Below, piece by piece: positions 50,265-60,743 of a DNA stretch of 64,000 nucleotides. This stretch comes from an uncultured Actinomycetes bacterium. GTDB taxonomy: Bacteria > Actinomycetota > Thermoleophilia > Gaiellales > Gaiellaceae. Below the pieces are notes generated by a model. That model searched no databases. It was not told where the DNA came from and worked only from the letters and a program-made list of their open reading frames with translations. Made by a program: the position numbers and the translations under genes. The first letter of the stretch is position 1. Each line of letters opens with the position of its first letter. The stretch covers positions 221,138 to 285,137 of the forward strand of contig CAVPRY010000006.1 in assembly GCA_963708005.1 (NCBI GenBank), written 5' to 3'.

Positions 50265-51686
50265 CGAACGCGCGTTGTCGGCTTCGCCACGACTCGCGGC
50301 CAGGACTCGCGACCCGGGCGGCCCGCGAGTGTCAGCGTGTCGCGGTACACGCTCCAGGTGAATTCGGTCGTGGCGCCGGGAGAGCAGGGGTTCGCCGTGC
50401 ACCCCCGTATCTTGAGCCGGATGACGTCGCCCTCGACGCTGTAGGTGCCCGTCACCGTGGTGCGGCTGCCGCGGAAGACCCACTTTCCGTCGTTCAACTC
50501 CAGCGTCCCGGAACCCGCGTACGTCGCCGCTTCCGCCGGTGTAGCGCCACCCGCCAGCATCTGGTCACGCGTCACGGTGTTCTGCCAGCTTCCCTCGAGC
50601 GCGCCCGTGGCGGTTTTGCCAGCTCGGGTGCAGCGTGCCGACTCGCTCGGGCCGGCCGACCCCGTGGCGCGGAGCTTCCTGATGGCCGCGATCAGCTCCT
50701 TCGTCTCCGCATCGCGCTCGAGTTCCGCGTAGACCGGCCGCAGGACCTGGCGCAAGCCCGCAAGCTCGGAGGCCGTCGTGGTCCCAAAGAGGTCGGGACG
50801 GCGGTTGCAGAGCACGGAGAGGGCCTCCTGCTGCTCCTTCTCCATGCGGGCGAACTCCGGCGCGAGCGCTTCACGGCCGGCGCGCCGCAGAATCTCCTGC
50901 TGCGCCGGGGTGAGCCGTGCGAACGCCGCGCGGTTGGCGAAGATCGTCTGCGGTCGCGGCCAGAGAACGACGTTCGCGGTGAGCGCCCGTGCACGCGCGT
51001 CGTAGCCGGCGTCCACGATCGTCTTCAGGTCGAGCTCCGCCCCGTCGAACGGGGAGGCGCCGAACGTGTAACCCCTGGTCGTCGCCCCGAGCGCCTCGAA
51101 GGTCGCCCGGGCGACGCCGCCGAACTTGATTCCGATCGTCGCTCCCGCGTAGTCGCGGGGGCCGGCGAGCGGGCGCGTCATCCCGAGTGGGCGGCGGAGG
51201 GGGCCGGGTGTGATCGCGAGACCGACGACTCCCCCCCGGTCGAGCCCTGCGAGCATCCGCGCCGCGAGCGGGCTCTCGAGCACCCGCCGCTGCAGCGCGA
51301 GGCTGTCGACGAGAAGCGGGGCGAGTAAGGCCCGAAGGCTCGTCACGCCCATCGTGTCCCAGACGCGCGCGGCCACGCTGCCGAGCTGCGCCTTGCCCTT
51401 TTGGACGTCCTCGACGGTGAACCGCTCGTAGTTCGCCTGCAGCCAGGCGCCCGACGCGAACGTCGATCCGGATCGCACCGCCGGACAGCCGCGCCGTGGC
51501 CGCGGCGAACTCCTCGGCGAAGGGGCCGTCTCCCGTGACCAGGCTCAGCACGACCGGCTTGCCGGCCGGCTTCGCGGCCGGCTCCGCTCGCCCGCCCGCC
51601 TTGTCCGGGCCCGAGCCGGCGCACGCGGTGGCGACGACGACGAGAGCCGTGGCGACCGCGACAAGGATCGGGCGCACACCGATCAT
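50261..51686 (-). CDS. DctP/TRAP-like solute-binding lipoprotein with an extra C-terminal domain (frameshift near 51450)
   Basis: Lipobox ATAC; ARLSGGAIRI...APLLVDS...GPLRRP...NVVLWPRP...LTPAQQEILRRA. Confidence 0.7.
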
Positions 51687-52560
51687 CTCTTCCCGCCGGG
51701 CAGCGACCACGTCACCTTGCGCACCCCGCTGCCATCGGCGTTCATGACGAAGAACGCCCACCTGGGCTTGGCGGGAAACCGCCCGAAAGCGAGCTTCCGG
51801 CCATCGGGCGACCATCCGTACACGAACTCGAAGTCCCGTGTCCGGGTCAGCCGCCGCTGTCCGCTGCCGTCGGCGTTCATCACGTAGAGCTCGTCGTTGC
51901 CGTCGCGGTTGCTCGTGAAGGCGAGCTTGCTCCCGTCCGGCGACCAGAGGATGGGCGTTCCGTCTTCGCCGTCGCGCAGCGGGTTCCGGGTCAGGTTCCG
52001 CGGATTGCTGCCGTCGACGTCCATCGCGTAGATCTCCCGGTTGCCGTCGCGTTCCGTGAGGAAGGCGATCGTTCGCCCGTCGGGAGACCACGTAGGAGCG
52101 AAGTCCTCCGTGGACGGGCTGGGCACGAGGAGGTGCTGTCCGGTGCCGTCGGCGTTCATCACGTAGATCTCGCCGTTGCCGTCGCGGTTGCTGCCGAAGA
52201 CGATCTTGCGGCCGTCCGGCGACCAGGAGCCGTCGGCCGGCAGCTTCCGCTTGCCGCTGCCGTCGGCGTTCATGACGACGCCCCCGACGGTGCCCGCCCG
52301 TCGGTCCTGGCTGTGGTAGAGGATCTTCCGCCCGTCCGGCGACCACGTGGCGAAGCCGTCGAAGCCCAGGCTCCGCGTCAGCCGCCGCGCGCCGCTGCCG
52401 TCGGCGTTGACGCTGTAGATCTCGGAGTCGCCCTCGCGGTTGCTCGTGAAGAGGATCTTCCACGGTGTACCGGCTCGGGGCGCCGCGGCGGAGCCGGTCA
52501 CGGCCACCAGCAGCCCGAGGCCGAGGAGCGATAAGACCGATCGAGCGTGATGCGCTGCAT
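51683..52560 (-). CDS. Secreted TolB-like PD40 beta-propeller protein (frameshift in the signal peptide)
   Basis: AAGGAGG RBS; repeated WSPDGRK...SNRDGN.EIYVMNADG units. Confidence 0.85.
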
Positions 52561-52586
52561 GTCTGCCTCCTTCGTCGTTGCACCCG

Positions 52587-52662
52587 ACACTAGGCCTGCA
52601 TTACGGCCACCGCGTCGGGGTTAAGCCTGAATCCATCGTCTCGGGGTCAGGGTGAGCCCCGA
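52587..52662 (-). promoter_or_regulatory. Promoter of the TolB-like/DctP-like operon with two inverted-repeat boxes
   Basis: TAGTGT -10 (52587-52592); TCGGGG-TTAA-GCCTGA (52615-52630) and TCAGGG-TGAG-CCCCGA (52647-52662). Confidence 0.65.
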
Positions 52663-52695
52663 ACGCTGCCCCTCGTCCGACATGCAACGATTGTC

Positions 52696-53250
52696 TCATG
52701 CGGAGGACGAGGGCAGGAGCTCCGGACTGCCGTTCCCCGCTACCGGTCGCCGACTAGGCGGAGCACCCGCAGTCGTCCGCGCTCGCGCGACCAGCTCGAT
52801 GCGACCCGGGTCGCCGTTCACGTCGGCATCGACGACGGCGCCGTGGCGGTGAACGGCCACGTGGATGAGACGGAAGTCGACGCTCTGCGACCAGGTGAGA
52901 GCCACGCGCAGGCTCGCCGCGCAGTACCGCGCCGAGCGAACGCGATGCCGCCGGTAGTACTCCCTGCTGAGGAGCAAGCACGTCCGTCCGTAGCGCCGTG
53001 CGTTCAGCGAGTCGAAGAAATCAGACACCACCGCTCGAGCTTCTGCCGTGGTCGCGGCCGCCGGCGTTCGGTCAGCGGCATCGTTCGTGACGCCGAGGTC
53101 CGAATGACTTCTTCGGTCGCTCGCGTGGCTGGTTTCCAACTTCGCCTCGAGGTGCGAGCCCGTGACCGCGGGGATCGTCCCGGCCGCCACGATCGCCGCG
53201 CTGGTCAAGGTCACGAGGGCGCTGCGGACGATGATCTCCAACGGCTGCAT
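52696..53250 (-). CDS. Hypothetical secreted protein
   Basis: N-terminal hydrophobic signal; ARAVVSDFFDSLNARRY..C.LL...C pattern, possibly NTF2-like. Confidence 0.55.
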   Translation of the reverse strand: MQPLEIIVRSALVTLTSAAIVAAGTIPAVTGSHLEAKLETSHASDRRSHSDLGVTNDAADRTPAAATTAEARAVVSDFFDSLNARRYGRTCLLLSREYYRRHRVRSARYCAASLRVALTWSQSVDFRLIHVAVHRHGAVVDADVNGDPGRIELVARARTTAGAPPSRRPVAGNGSPELLPSSSA

Positions 53251-53275
53251 CCCGGTCTCTCTGTCGCTGCAGCCG

Positions 53276-53352
53276 ACGCTAGGCGCGTGGCGACGTCGTC
53301 ACGTCAGGGTCGAGCCTGCACTTTGGCGCCCGGCGATCAGGGGCCGCCCTGA
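53276..53352 (-). promoter_or_regulatory. Promoter with two inverted-repeat boxes, same geometry as 52587-52662
   Basis: TAGCGT -10 (53276-53281); TCAGGG-TCGA-GCCTGC (53304-53319) and perfect TCAGGG-GCCG-CCCTGA (53337-53352). Confidence 0.65.
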
Positions 53353-53388
53353 TTGAAGGCAGCGCCCGCCGCGTGGGACGATTCAGCG

Positions 53389-55114
53389 ATGGGGCGCCGC
53401 GCGCTTGTGGTGCTCGCGATCGCCGGCCTGGGGATCGCCGTCGGCGCGTTCTCCCTCGACGTTGCGCGCGAGGATCCCGGCTACTGGTTCGCCGGCGCGT
53501 CTGTCGTCGGAGGCGCTGCGTTGCTCGCGGCCGGCTGGGCGCTGATCGCCTGTGGGCTCGTCTTCTGGCTGCGTAGGCCGCAGAGTCACTTCGGCCCGCT
53601 GCTCGCGGCCGCCGGCTTCGCCTGGTTCCTGCCGGAGTGGAACAACCCCGGGATCGGCTCGTCCCTCGCCTTCACGGTCGGGCTTTGCCTCTACGCCGCG
53701 TGTCCGCCGCTCGTCGCCCACGCCGTCCTCGCGTATCCGCGCGGACGACTCAGGTCGCAGGCGGAGCGAGCGATGGTTGCGTTTGGGTACGTCGGCGGCG
53801 TGCTCGTCCTCGGCGTCCTGCCGGCGCTCTTCTTCGACCCGCAAACCGGCGGATGCCTCCGGTGCCCGCAGAACCTCGTGCTCGTCAGCGACCGGAGTGC
53901 GCTCGCCGACGATCTCACTCGAGTCGGGGTCTACGTCGGGCTCGCGTGGGCGGTCGCTCTTGCGGCACTCGCGGCTCTGAAGCTCGCGCGAGGCCCACGT
54001 GCGGCACGGCCTGTCGTCGCCGCGGGCGCCGTGTACCTTGGCCTGGCGGCGGCCATGTTCGCGGCCTCGCTCGGGCGCGGACTGGTCTCGAACGGCACGC
54101 TCGAGCGGCGCCTGTGGCTCGCCGAGACAGCCGCCCTCGTCGCGATCGCTCTCGGCGTGGGTTGGAGCTGGGTACGAGGCCGTCGCGCGCGCTCGTCGGT
54201 TGCCCGGCTCGTCGTCGATCTGGTGCAGTCGGCTCCGCCGGGCGGCCTGCGAGACGTGCTCGCCGAGATCGTCGGCGACCCCGATCTGGTCCTCGCCTAT
54301 CCGCTCGAGCAGCCCGGCCGCCTCGTGGACGCAAGCGGACGTTCCGTCGAGCCGTCCGCGTACCAGGAGCGCACGGACCTCGTCCGCGAGGGGCGCACCG
54401 TAGCGGTGCTCGCTCACGCGCCCGGGCGGCTCGACGACGAGCAGCTCGTCGACGACGTGAGCGCCGCCGCCCGGCTCGCACTCGAGAACGAGCGCCTGCA
54501 GGCCGAGGTACGGGCGCGGCTCGAGGAGCTCCGCGCCTCGCGGGCGCGCATCGTGGAGGCGAGCGACGCCGAGCGGAAGCGACTCGAGCGCGACCTGCAC
54601 GACGGAGCTCAACAGCGGCTGGTCGGGCTGCAGCTGTCGCTGCAACTCCTGCGCTCGCGGCTTCGCCCCGACGCCGATCCGCACGCCGTCGCGCTGCTCG
54701 ACGAAGCGGCCGCAGAGCTGCGCGGGGCCACGGCTGAGCTCCGTGACCTCGCACACGGGATCTTCCCCGCGGTGCTTGCCGACGAAGGCCTGGCTGCCGC
54801 TGTGGAGGCGCTTGCGGAGGACGGAGGCGCACCCGATCAGGATCGGCGTCTTCCCCGAGGGACGGTTCGCGCCTCCCGTCGAGTCGGCCGCCTACACGAT
54901 CGTGGTCGAAGCGGCGAGGACGGCGGTCGGCGGATTCGACGTCCGGGCGGAGCACGCCGGCGACGTGCTGGTGGTCGAGGTCGAGACACACGCCGACGGC
55001 CTCGACCTCGTCGCGCTCGAAGACCGCGTGGGAGCGCTCGACGGGCAGCTCGTCGCCGAGCGGGGCGAGGACCGCCGCGTCAAACTCCGGGCCGAGCTCC
55101 CGTGCGGGTCGTAG
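53389..55114 (+). CDS. Multi-pass membrane HisKA_3 sensor kinase (frameshift near 54830; reduced ATP-binding boxes)
   Basis: ERKRLERDLHDGAQQRL H-box and AHGIFPAVL; the C-terminal domain lacks recognisable N and G boxes. Confidence 0.85.
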
Positions 55115-55747
55115 TCGCCGACGACGAGACGCTCCTCCGCGAAGGGTTGGCACGGCTGCTCGCGGACGCCGGCTTCGACGTCGTCGGGAAGGCGGGGACG
55201 GCCGCGGAGCTCCTCCGCCGGGTCGAGCTCACGCGTCCGGACGTCGCGATCGTCGACATCAGGATGCCGCCCACGCACACCGACGAGGGCCTCGTCGCCG
55301 CGCAAGGAGATCCGCACCTCGCACCCCAAGGTCGGCGTGCTCGTGCTCTCCCACTACGTCGAGTCCCGCTACGCGATGCGCCTGCTGGAGGAACATCCTG
55401 AGCGCTCGGGCTACCTGTTGAAGGAGCGCGTCTCGGATCTCGCGGTGCTCGTGGACGCGCTGCAACGCATCGCCGACGGCGAGTGCGTGCTCGACCCGAC
55501 CATCGTATCCAGGCTGGTCGGACGCCCGCGCGACGAGAGCCTGCTCGACGAGCTCACCGCCCGCGAGCTCGAGGTGCTGGCACTGATGGCCGAGGGGCAC
55601 TCGAACGGCGGCATTTGCAAGACGCTCGTCCTCAGCCCCAAGACCGTCGACACCCACGTGCGCCACATTCTGCTCAAGCTCGGGATCGGCGAGACCGCCG
55701 ACTACCACCGTCGCGTGCTCGCCGTGCTTGCCTACCTTCGCCGCTGA
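55102..55747 (+). CDS. NarL/LuxR family response regulator (frameshift near 55305)
   Basis: [29 protein letters not shown] and [18 protein letters not shown] motifs. Confidence 0.92.
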
Positions 55748-55814
55748 GCGCGACAACCCGGTCGAGTCCTCTCGGACGGGGGTCCAAGCGGGTTGTCGGC
55801 GATACTCGTTAGCG

Positions 55815-56062
55815 ATGAGCCGCGTAGAGGTCGTCGGTTTCTACGATCGTCACCCGATCAACGAAGCCCAGATCCTCGCCTCTCTCGAGAAGAGCGGTAG
55901 GAAGCCGGGCGCGCTCACCGCCGAGGATCTGTTTGAGTTCGACCAGGACCACTACGGCGGCGTCGAGGCGGTGGAGGCGCGCGCGAGCCGCGCGGGATCG
56001 GGCCGACGAGCCTGGTGCTCGATCTCTGCGCCGGACTCGGCGGCCCGGCGCGCTATCTATGG
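55815..56062 (+). pseudogene. 5' fragment of a SAM-dependent methyltransferase
   Basis: FYDRHPIN...DQDHYGG...VLDLCAGLGGPARYL (motif I), then runs into the convergent gene. Confidence 0.7.
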
Positions 56063-56068
56063 CGGGTC

Positions 56069-56348
56069 TCAACCCTCGATGATGTTGTGCACCGGAGAGA
56101 CCATCGGCTGGCCGGGATCCGCCCCGATCTCCGCCATGATCGGCAACAACGTCGCCCGCGAAGGCCTCGAACGACTCCTGCGAGTCCCAAACATCGAAAA
56201 CCTGGATCAGGCCATCGGTCTCGAGGGCGACGTGGTAGAGCCTGGCCGCGCAGGGGCTCCGGCAGCCCGCCGCTTCGAGCCTGCTGATCGCGTCGTCATA
56301 GGCCGAAGGGGTGAATGAGCTGGGTGTGAGGTAGAAACCAAGAGCCAT
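56069..56348 (-). CDS. Small hypothetical protein, ABM/dimeric alpha-beta barrel-like (frameshifted)
   Basis: YDDAISRLEAAG...LYHVA...VFDVWDSQESFEAF...LLPIMAEIG.DPGQP...VHNII. Confidence 0.65.
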
Positions 56349-56673
56349 TTCCCCGGCTCAACGCTGATGACCTCTCGCCGAGTGGGCGATTCCTGTGCGG
56401 ACTGCTTGCGATGTGGGTCGGTCCGCTAGGCCTGTCGCCCACTCCAGGGTCTCGGCAACCCTATCGAGTCTTGACCGGCTCGTCGGCCCGGAAGAACGTA
56501 GGGCAGCCTCGCCGCAGACGCGTCAGCGCCGAACGCCGATGGCTTCGACAACGTGAACCAGAGCGTTCTGGAACCGAGATTGGCTTCCTACCGCTGGTCA
56601 CAGCGAAACGGTCGTGCGTCTGAACATGAAGACGTAGACCAGTTCGCCCGATTACCCCTGGAGAACAGCGGAA

Positions 56674-56746
56674 TGCCCCCAACGGGATTCGAACCCGTGC
56701 TGCCACCTTGAAAGGGTGGTGACCTAGGCCGCTAGTCGATGGGGGC
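56674..56746 (-). tRNA. tRNA-Glu (anticodon TTC)
   Basis: GCCCCCATCGACTAGCGGCCTAGGTCACCACCCTTTCAAGGTGGCAGCACGGGTTCGAATCCCGTTGGGGGCA folds as a cloverleaf; TACGAT -10 upstream. Confidence 0.97.
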
Positions 56747-56836
56747 GGCTGGCCGATCGTACCGGTGCAAGCCGTTTCTGCCCCCTGTAGGGCATCCGAA
56801 GTGAGGGCTTCCGCCGTCCTCACGAGACGAGGACGC

Positions 56837-57754
56837 CTAGAACGGGGTCGGGATGTTCCGCAGCGGCAGACCCGGCTCCTCGTAGCCACCGGCCTTCTGG
56901 CGAGCCGGCAGGGTGACGTCGCGGTGCACGAGCGGCTCGTAGGGGATCTGGCCGAGGAGGTGGGTGATGATGTTGAGCCGGCCGCGCTTCTTGTCGTTCG
57001 TGTCGGCGACGTACCAAGGCGCCCAGGGCGTGTCGCTGGCGCGGAACATGGCGTCGCGGGCGCGCGAGTAGTCGTACCAGCGGCTGTAGGACTTCAGGTC
57101 CATGTCCGACAGCTTCCAGACCTTGCGCGGGTCGTCGATGCGGCTCTCGAGCCGCCGGGTCTGCTCGTCGGGGCCTACCTCCAGCCAGTACTTGATCAGG
57201 ATGATCCCTGACTCGACCATCGCCTTCTCCACGGCCGGCACCTGCTCGAGGAACCGGCTGGTCTGCTCCTCGCTGCAGAAGCCCATCACCCGCTCGACGC
57301 CGGCGCGGTTGTACCAGCTGCGATCGAAGATCACGACCTCGCCGGCTGCCGGGAAGTGCGTGATGTAGCGTTGGACGTACATCTGCGACTTCTCGCGCTC
57401 GGTCGGCGCCGGTAGCGCGACGACCCGGAACACGCGGGGGCTGACACGCTCGGTGATCCGCTTGATCGTGCCGCCCTTGCCTGCGGTGTCGCGCCCCTCG
57501 AAGACGATGCAGATCTTGGCCCCCGTGGCCCTGATCCACTCCTGGAGGGCGACGAGCTCGCCGTGCAGCCGGCGCATCTCCCTTTCGTATTGCTTGCGCC
57601 CCATCTTCCCGGAAGGCAGAGCCTCGGTCTCGTCCGACGAGGCGGGAGAGCCCGTCGTGGGCTCGTCGGTCGTCGCCGACGCATCCGTCGTCACGTCCAC
57701 GTCGCGTCGCTTCTTCTCGTCCTTCGCTTTCGTCGGGTTCTTGGTCTTGGCCAT
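56837..57754 (-). CDS. ppk2: Polyphosphate kinase 2
   Basis: FEGRDTAGKGG, FDRSWYNR, WKLSDMD and DKKRGRLN motifs; GGAGGTG RBS. Confidence 0.95.
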   Translation of the reverse strand: MAKTKNPTKAKDEKKRRDVDVTTDASATTDEPTTGSPASSDETEALPSGKMGRKQYEREMRRLHGELVALQEWIRATGAKICIVFEGRDTAGKGGTIKRITERVSPRVFRVVALPAPTEREKSQMYVQRYITHFPAAGEVVIFDRSWYNRAGVERVMGFCSEEQTSRFLEQVPAVEKAMVESGIILIKYWLEVGPDEQTRRLESRIDDPRKVWKLSDMDLKSYSRWYDYSRARDAMFRASDTPWAPWYVADTNDKKRGRLNIITHLLGQIPYEPLVHRDVTLPARQKAGGYEEPGLPLRNIPTPF

Positions 57755-58240
57755 CTCTCTCACCTCCAAATAGCTCCGAAACGCGGACGACCTACGGCCC
57801 TCGAGACACAGGGCGTACGACATCGTTGGCTCCTCGATCCGTGGAGCGCAAGCATAGGGTCGTGTCTCACCGAGGTGATTACTAGGGCCAACGAGCGACG
57901 GTCGGCTCGGAACGGGGTGGCAGAATGCCGAAGGCGCCTGCGCGTGGGGCGCGTCAGCGTCGCCGCCCGCACCTGCCAGCAGGCGTTGCGGCGGCGTTTC
58001 GTGTGTCCGGAGACTACGCGGATCCGTGCCGTATCACTGCGGGTGACGGGAGAAGGCCGATCGGTGCATCTGTCACTGCGGTGGAAGGGATTGGGTCGAT
58101 AGGAATGGTTCTCGCCGGACAGTTGCCGTCTGGGCTTGAGGTCGTCCTCGGCTCGCCTCGTGCCGGCCGCATCGATCGATCCGTCGATGGTGGCACCAGG
58201 GGCCGATCTGGTCGACCGCCGTCGAGAGCTCGGCGGGCAC

Positions 58241-59953
58241 GTGAGCGCTGACCAGGCGCCGCAGGAGCCGTCGGCGCAGCTCGAGCACTGGGTTCCGGGT
58301 GTTGGGCTGATCCGGCGCTATCAGGGCGCGTGGTTCCGCTCGGATTTCGTCGCCGGCATCGTGTTGGCGGCGATCCTAGTGCCGCAGGGGATGGCGTACG
58401 CGGAGCTGGCTGGTCTGCCGGCGGTGAACGGCCTCTACACGACGATGGCCTGCCTGGTCGGGTATGCGCTGTTTGGCCCGTCGAGGATCCTTGTGCTCGG
58501 GCCGGACTCGTCGCTGGGCCCGTTGATCCTTGTCGCGATCTTGCCCCTCTCGATCACGGACGACCCGGCCGAGTTGGTCGTTCTCGCCGGGATGCTGGCG
58601 CTGCTCGTGGCGGCGATCGAGATGGGGCTCGGGCTCGGCAAGCTGGGGTTCGTTGCCGACTTGCTCTCGAAGGAGGTTCAGGTCGGCTACATGATCGGCC
58701 TGGGCGTCACGATCATCATGGGGCAGCTTCCGAAGCTGTTCGGCTTCTCCACCGACGCCGACAAGTTCGTTGACGAGGTGCGGGCCTTCTTCGAGGGCCT
58801 CGACGCACGCAACCGCTACACGTTGGCAGTCGGTCTGGCTTCGCTCGCTCTGTTGCTCGTCCTACCGCGCTTCACGCGACGGATTCCGGCCGTGCTCATC
58901 ACAGTTGTCTTCTCGACCCTGGCGGTGTCGTTGTTCGACCTGACGGCCCATGGCGTGACGACCGTGGGGTCGCTGCCGCAGGGGTTGCCCCGCCCCCAGT
59001 TCCCCTCGGTCCCTCTGAGCGACATAGGCGCGCTGCTGGCGGCCGCGATCGGCATTACGCTCGTGTCGCTTGCCGACACGATCGCGACCTCGACGAGCTT
59101 CGCCGCCCGGCGCGGGGACGAGGTCGATGCGAGCCAGGAGATGATCGGGATCGGAGCCGCCAACGCGTTCGCCGGGCTCTTCCAGGGGTTCCCCATCTCC
59201 ACGAGCGGCTCGCGCACGGCGGTCGCCGAGCAGGGCGGCGCAAAGAGCCAGGTGACGGGGCTGGTCGGCGCGGCGCTGGTGGCGATCATGCTGCTTTTCC
59301 TGCCGGGGTTGCTGGCGAGCCTGCCGAACTCGGCTCTCGCGGCGATCGTGATCGCCGCGGCGCTCTCGCTGATAGACATCGCGACGGTGGCCAGGTTTCT
59401 GCGTGTTCGCACGTCGGCGTTCGTGCTGGCGATGGCCGCCACGCTGGGGGTCGTCTTCTTCGGCGTGCTGGAGGGGATCCTGATCGCCGTCGCGCTCTCG
59501 ATCCTCGTCTTCTTCAAGCGGAACTGGTGGCCCCACGGGCAGGTGCTCGGACGGGTCGGCTCGCTCGACTCGTGGCATAGCATCGAGGCATATCCCGACG
59601 CGGCCCAGCACCCCGACGTGGTGGTGTTCCGCTGGGAGGCGCCCCTGTTCTTCGCGAACGCGAGCATGTTCCGCCAGGAGATACGCCGGCTGGCAGCTGG
59701 CTCGGAGGTCCGGTGGATCGTACTCCAGTGTGAGGCGATGACCGACATTGACGTCACCGCCGCCGACATGCTCGAACGTCTCGATGACGAACTCAACCAG
59801 CGTGGCGTGCACATGGTGTTCGTCGAGCTGCGCAGCCGTCTGCACGACCTGCTGACGCGCTACGGGCTCCTCGAGACGCTCGACCGCAGGCACTTCTACG
59901 ACGCGATCGACGACGCTCTCGACGACATCGCCCGCCCCGCTCGGGGCGGCTGA
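58241..59953 (+). CDS. SulP family anion permease with STAS domain (start uncertain)
   Basis: DFVAG...VPQGMAYA.LAG...GLY, GQLPKLFG, SGSRT and PLFFANA motifs. Confidence 0.93.
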   Translation: MSADQAPQEPSAQLEHWVPGVGLIRRYQGAWFRSDFVAGIVLAAILVPQGMAYAELAGLPAVNGLYTTMACLVGYALFGPSRILVLGPDSSLGPLILVAILPLSITDDPAELVVLAGMLALLVAAIEMGLGLGKLGFVADLLSKEVQVGYMIGLGVTIIMGQLPKLFGFSTDADKFVDEVRAFFEGLDARNRYTLAVGLASLALLLVLPRFTRRIPAVLITVVFSTLAVSLFDLTAHGVTTVGSLPQGLPRPQFPSVPLSDIGALLAAAIGITLVSLADTIATSTSFAARRGDEVDASQEMIGIGAANAFAGLFQGFPISTSGSRTAVAEQGGAKSQVTGLVGAALVAIMLLFLPGLLASLPNSALAAIVIAAALSLIDIATVARFLRVRTSAFVLAMAATLGVVFFGVLEGILIAVALSILVFFKRNWWPHGQVLGRVGSLDSWHSIEAYPDAAQHPDVVVFRWEAPLFFANASMFRQEIRRLAAGSEVRWIVLQCEAMTDIDVTAADMLERLDDELNQRGVHMVFVELRSRLHDLLTRYGLLETLDRRHFYDAIDDALDDIARPARGG

Positions 59954-59983
59954 TCCAGGCGGTGTCTCGCGAGCTCGCCACGC

Positions 59984-60733
59984 TCACGCCGCGCGCTGTG
60001 GGCGCCGCCGGGATGCTCGTCCCAGGACGATCTGGACGACTCCGAAGCAGAGGAGCGCCACCGCGACGCCGAGTGTTGCGCCCGCGACCACGTCCGAGAG
60101 CCAGTGCACCTGGAGGTACGTCCGACTCCAGGCCATAAGGGCGATCGCGGCGACAGCCGCGCCGAACCACCAGCGCCGCCGCGGACCCGGCCTCCCGTAG
60201 AGGAGGACGAGCGCGATCGCGGTCGCACCTGCATAGGCGGCGTGGCCGGAGGGGAAGGACGTGCCGAACGCCTCGAGCATCCGACCCGGGGGGCGCTCGC
60301 GGCCGACGGCCACCTTGATCAGGTTGACGAGCAGCGGGGTCAGCGCCTCGGCGAACGCGAAGGCGGCCAGCGCCGCCCAGCGACGCGCAATCAGGAGCAT
60401 GAGCCCGACCCCGACAATCGTGAGCGCGCGCGGGACGCCGTGACCGAGCGCGTTGAAGACGAGCGCGACGTGCGTGAGGAACGGCGTCTGGATGTCCTGC
60501 ATCAACTCCGACCAGCGACTGTCGAGCTTGAACGGGCCCGCCGGGACGAGGAACCGGAGCACCACCACCGACGCCAGCAGCACGCTCCCCCAGCCGACGG
60601 CCCAGCCAGGCCGGCCGAAGAACTCTTCGTTGTCCGGCAGTCGCGAGGCTCCCCGCACCGGCGCCGCCGGGTGCGCATCGTCATGTGCCCCTGCGCCGCG
60701 CCCGAGATCGATGGAGGTCCGCTCGACCGGCAC
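59984..60733 (-). CDS. PAP2 family phosphatase
   Basis: K...RERP, SFPSGH and SRTYLQVHWLSDV motifs. Confidence 0.88.
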   Translation of the reverse strand: MPVERTSIDLGRGAGAHDDAHPAAPVRGASRLPDNEEFFGRPGWAVGWGSVLLASVVVLRFLVPAGPFKLDSRWSELMQDIQTPFLTHVALVFNALGHGVPRALTIVGVGLMLLIARRWAALAAFAFAEALTPLLVNLIKVAVGRERPPGRMLEAFGTSFPSGHAAYAGATAIALVLLYGRPGPRRRWWFGAAVAAIALMAWSRTYLQVHWLSDVVAGATLGVAVALLCFGVVQIVLGRASRRRPQRAA

Positions 60734-60743
60734 GGCCAGGGCC

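Noticed and set aside
51780-52460. Recurring CCGTCGGCGTTCAT and CCGTCCGGCGACCA nucleotide motifs as a DNA repeat array
   Set aside because: Explained by the PD40 (WSPDG...MNADG) protein repeats.
48187-56673. Integrated element or prophage between tRNA-Val and tRNA-Glu
   Set aside because: No duplicate of the tRNA-Glu 3' end, integrase or phage gene was found, and each tRNA has its own -10.
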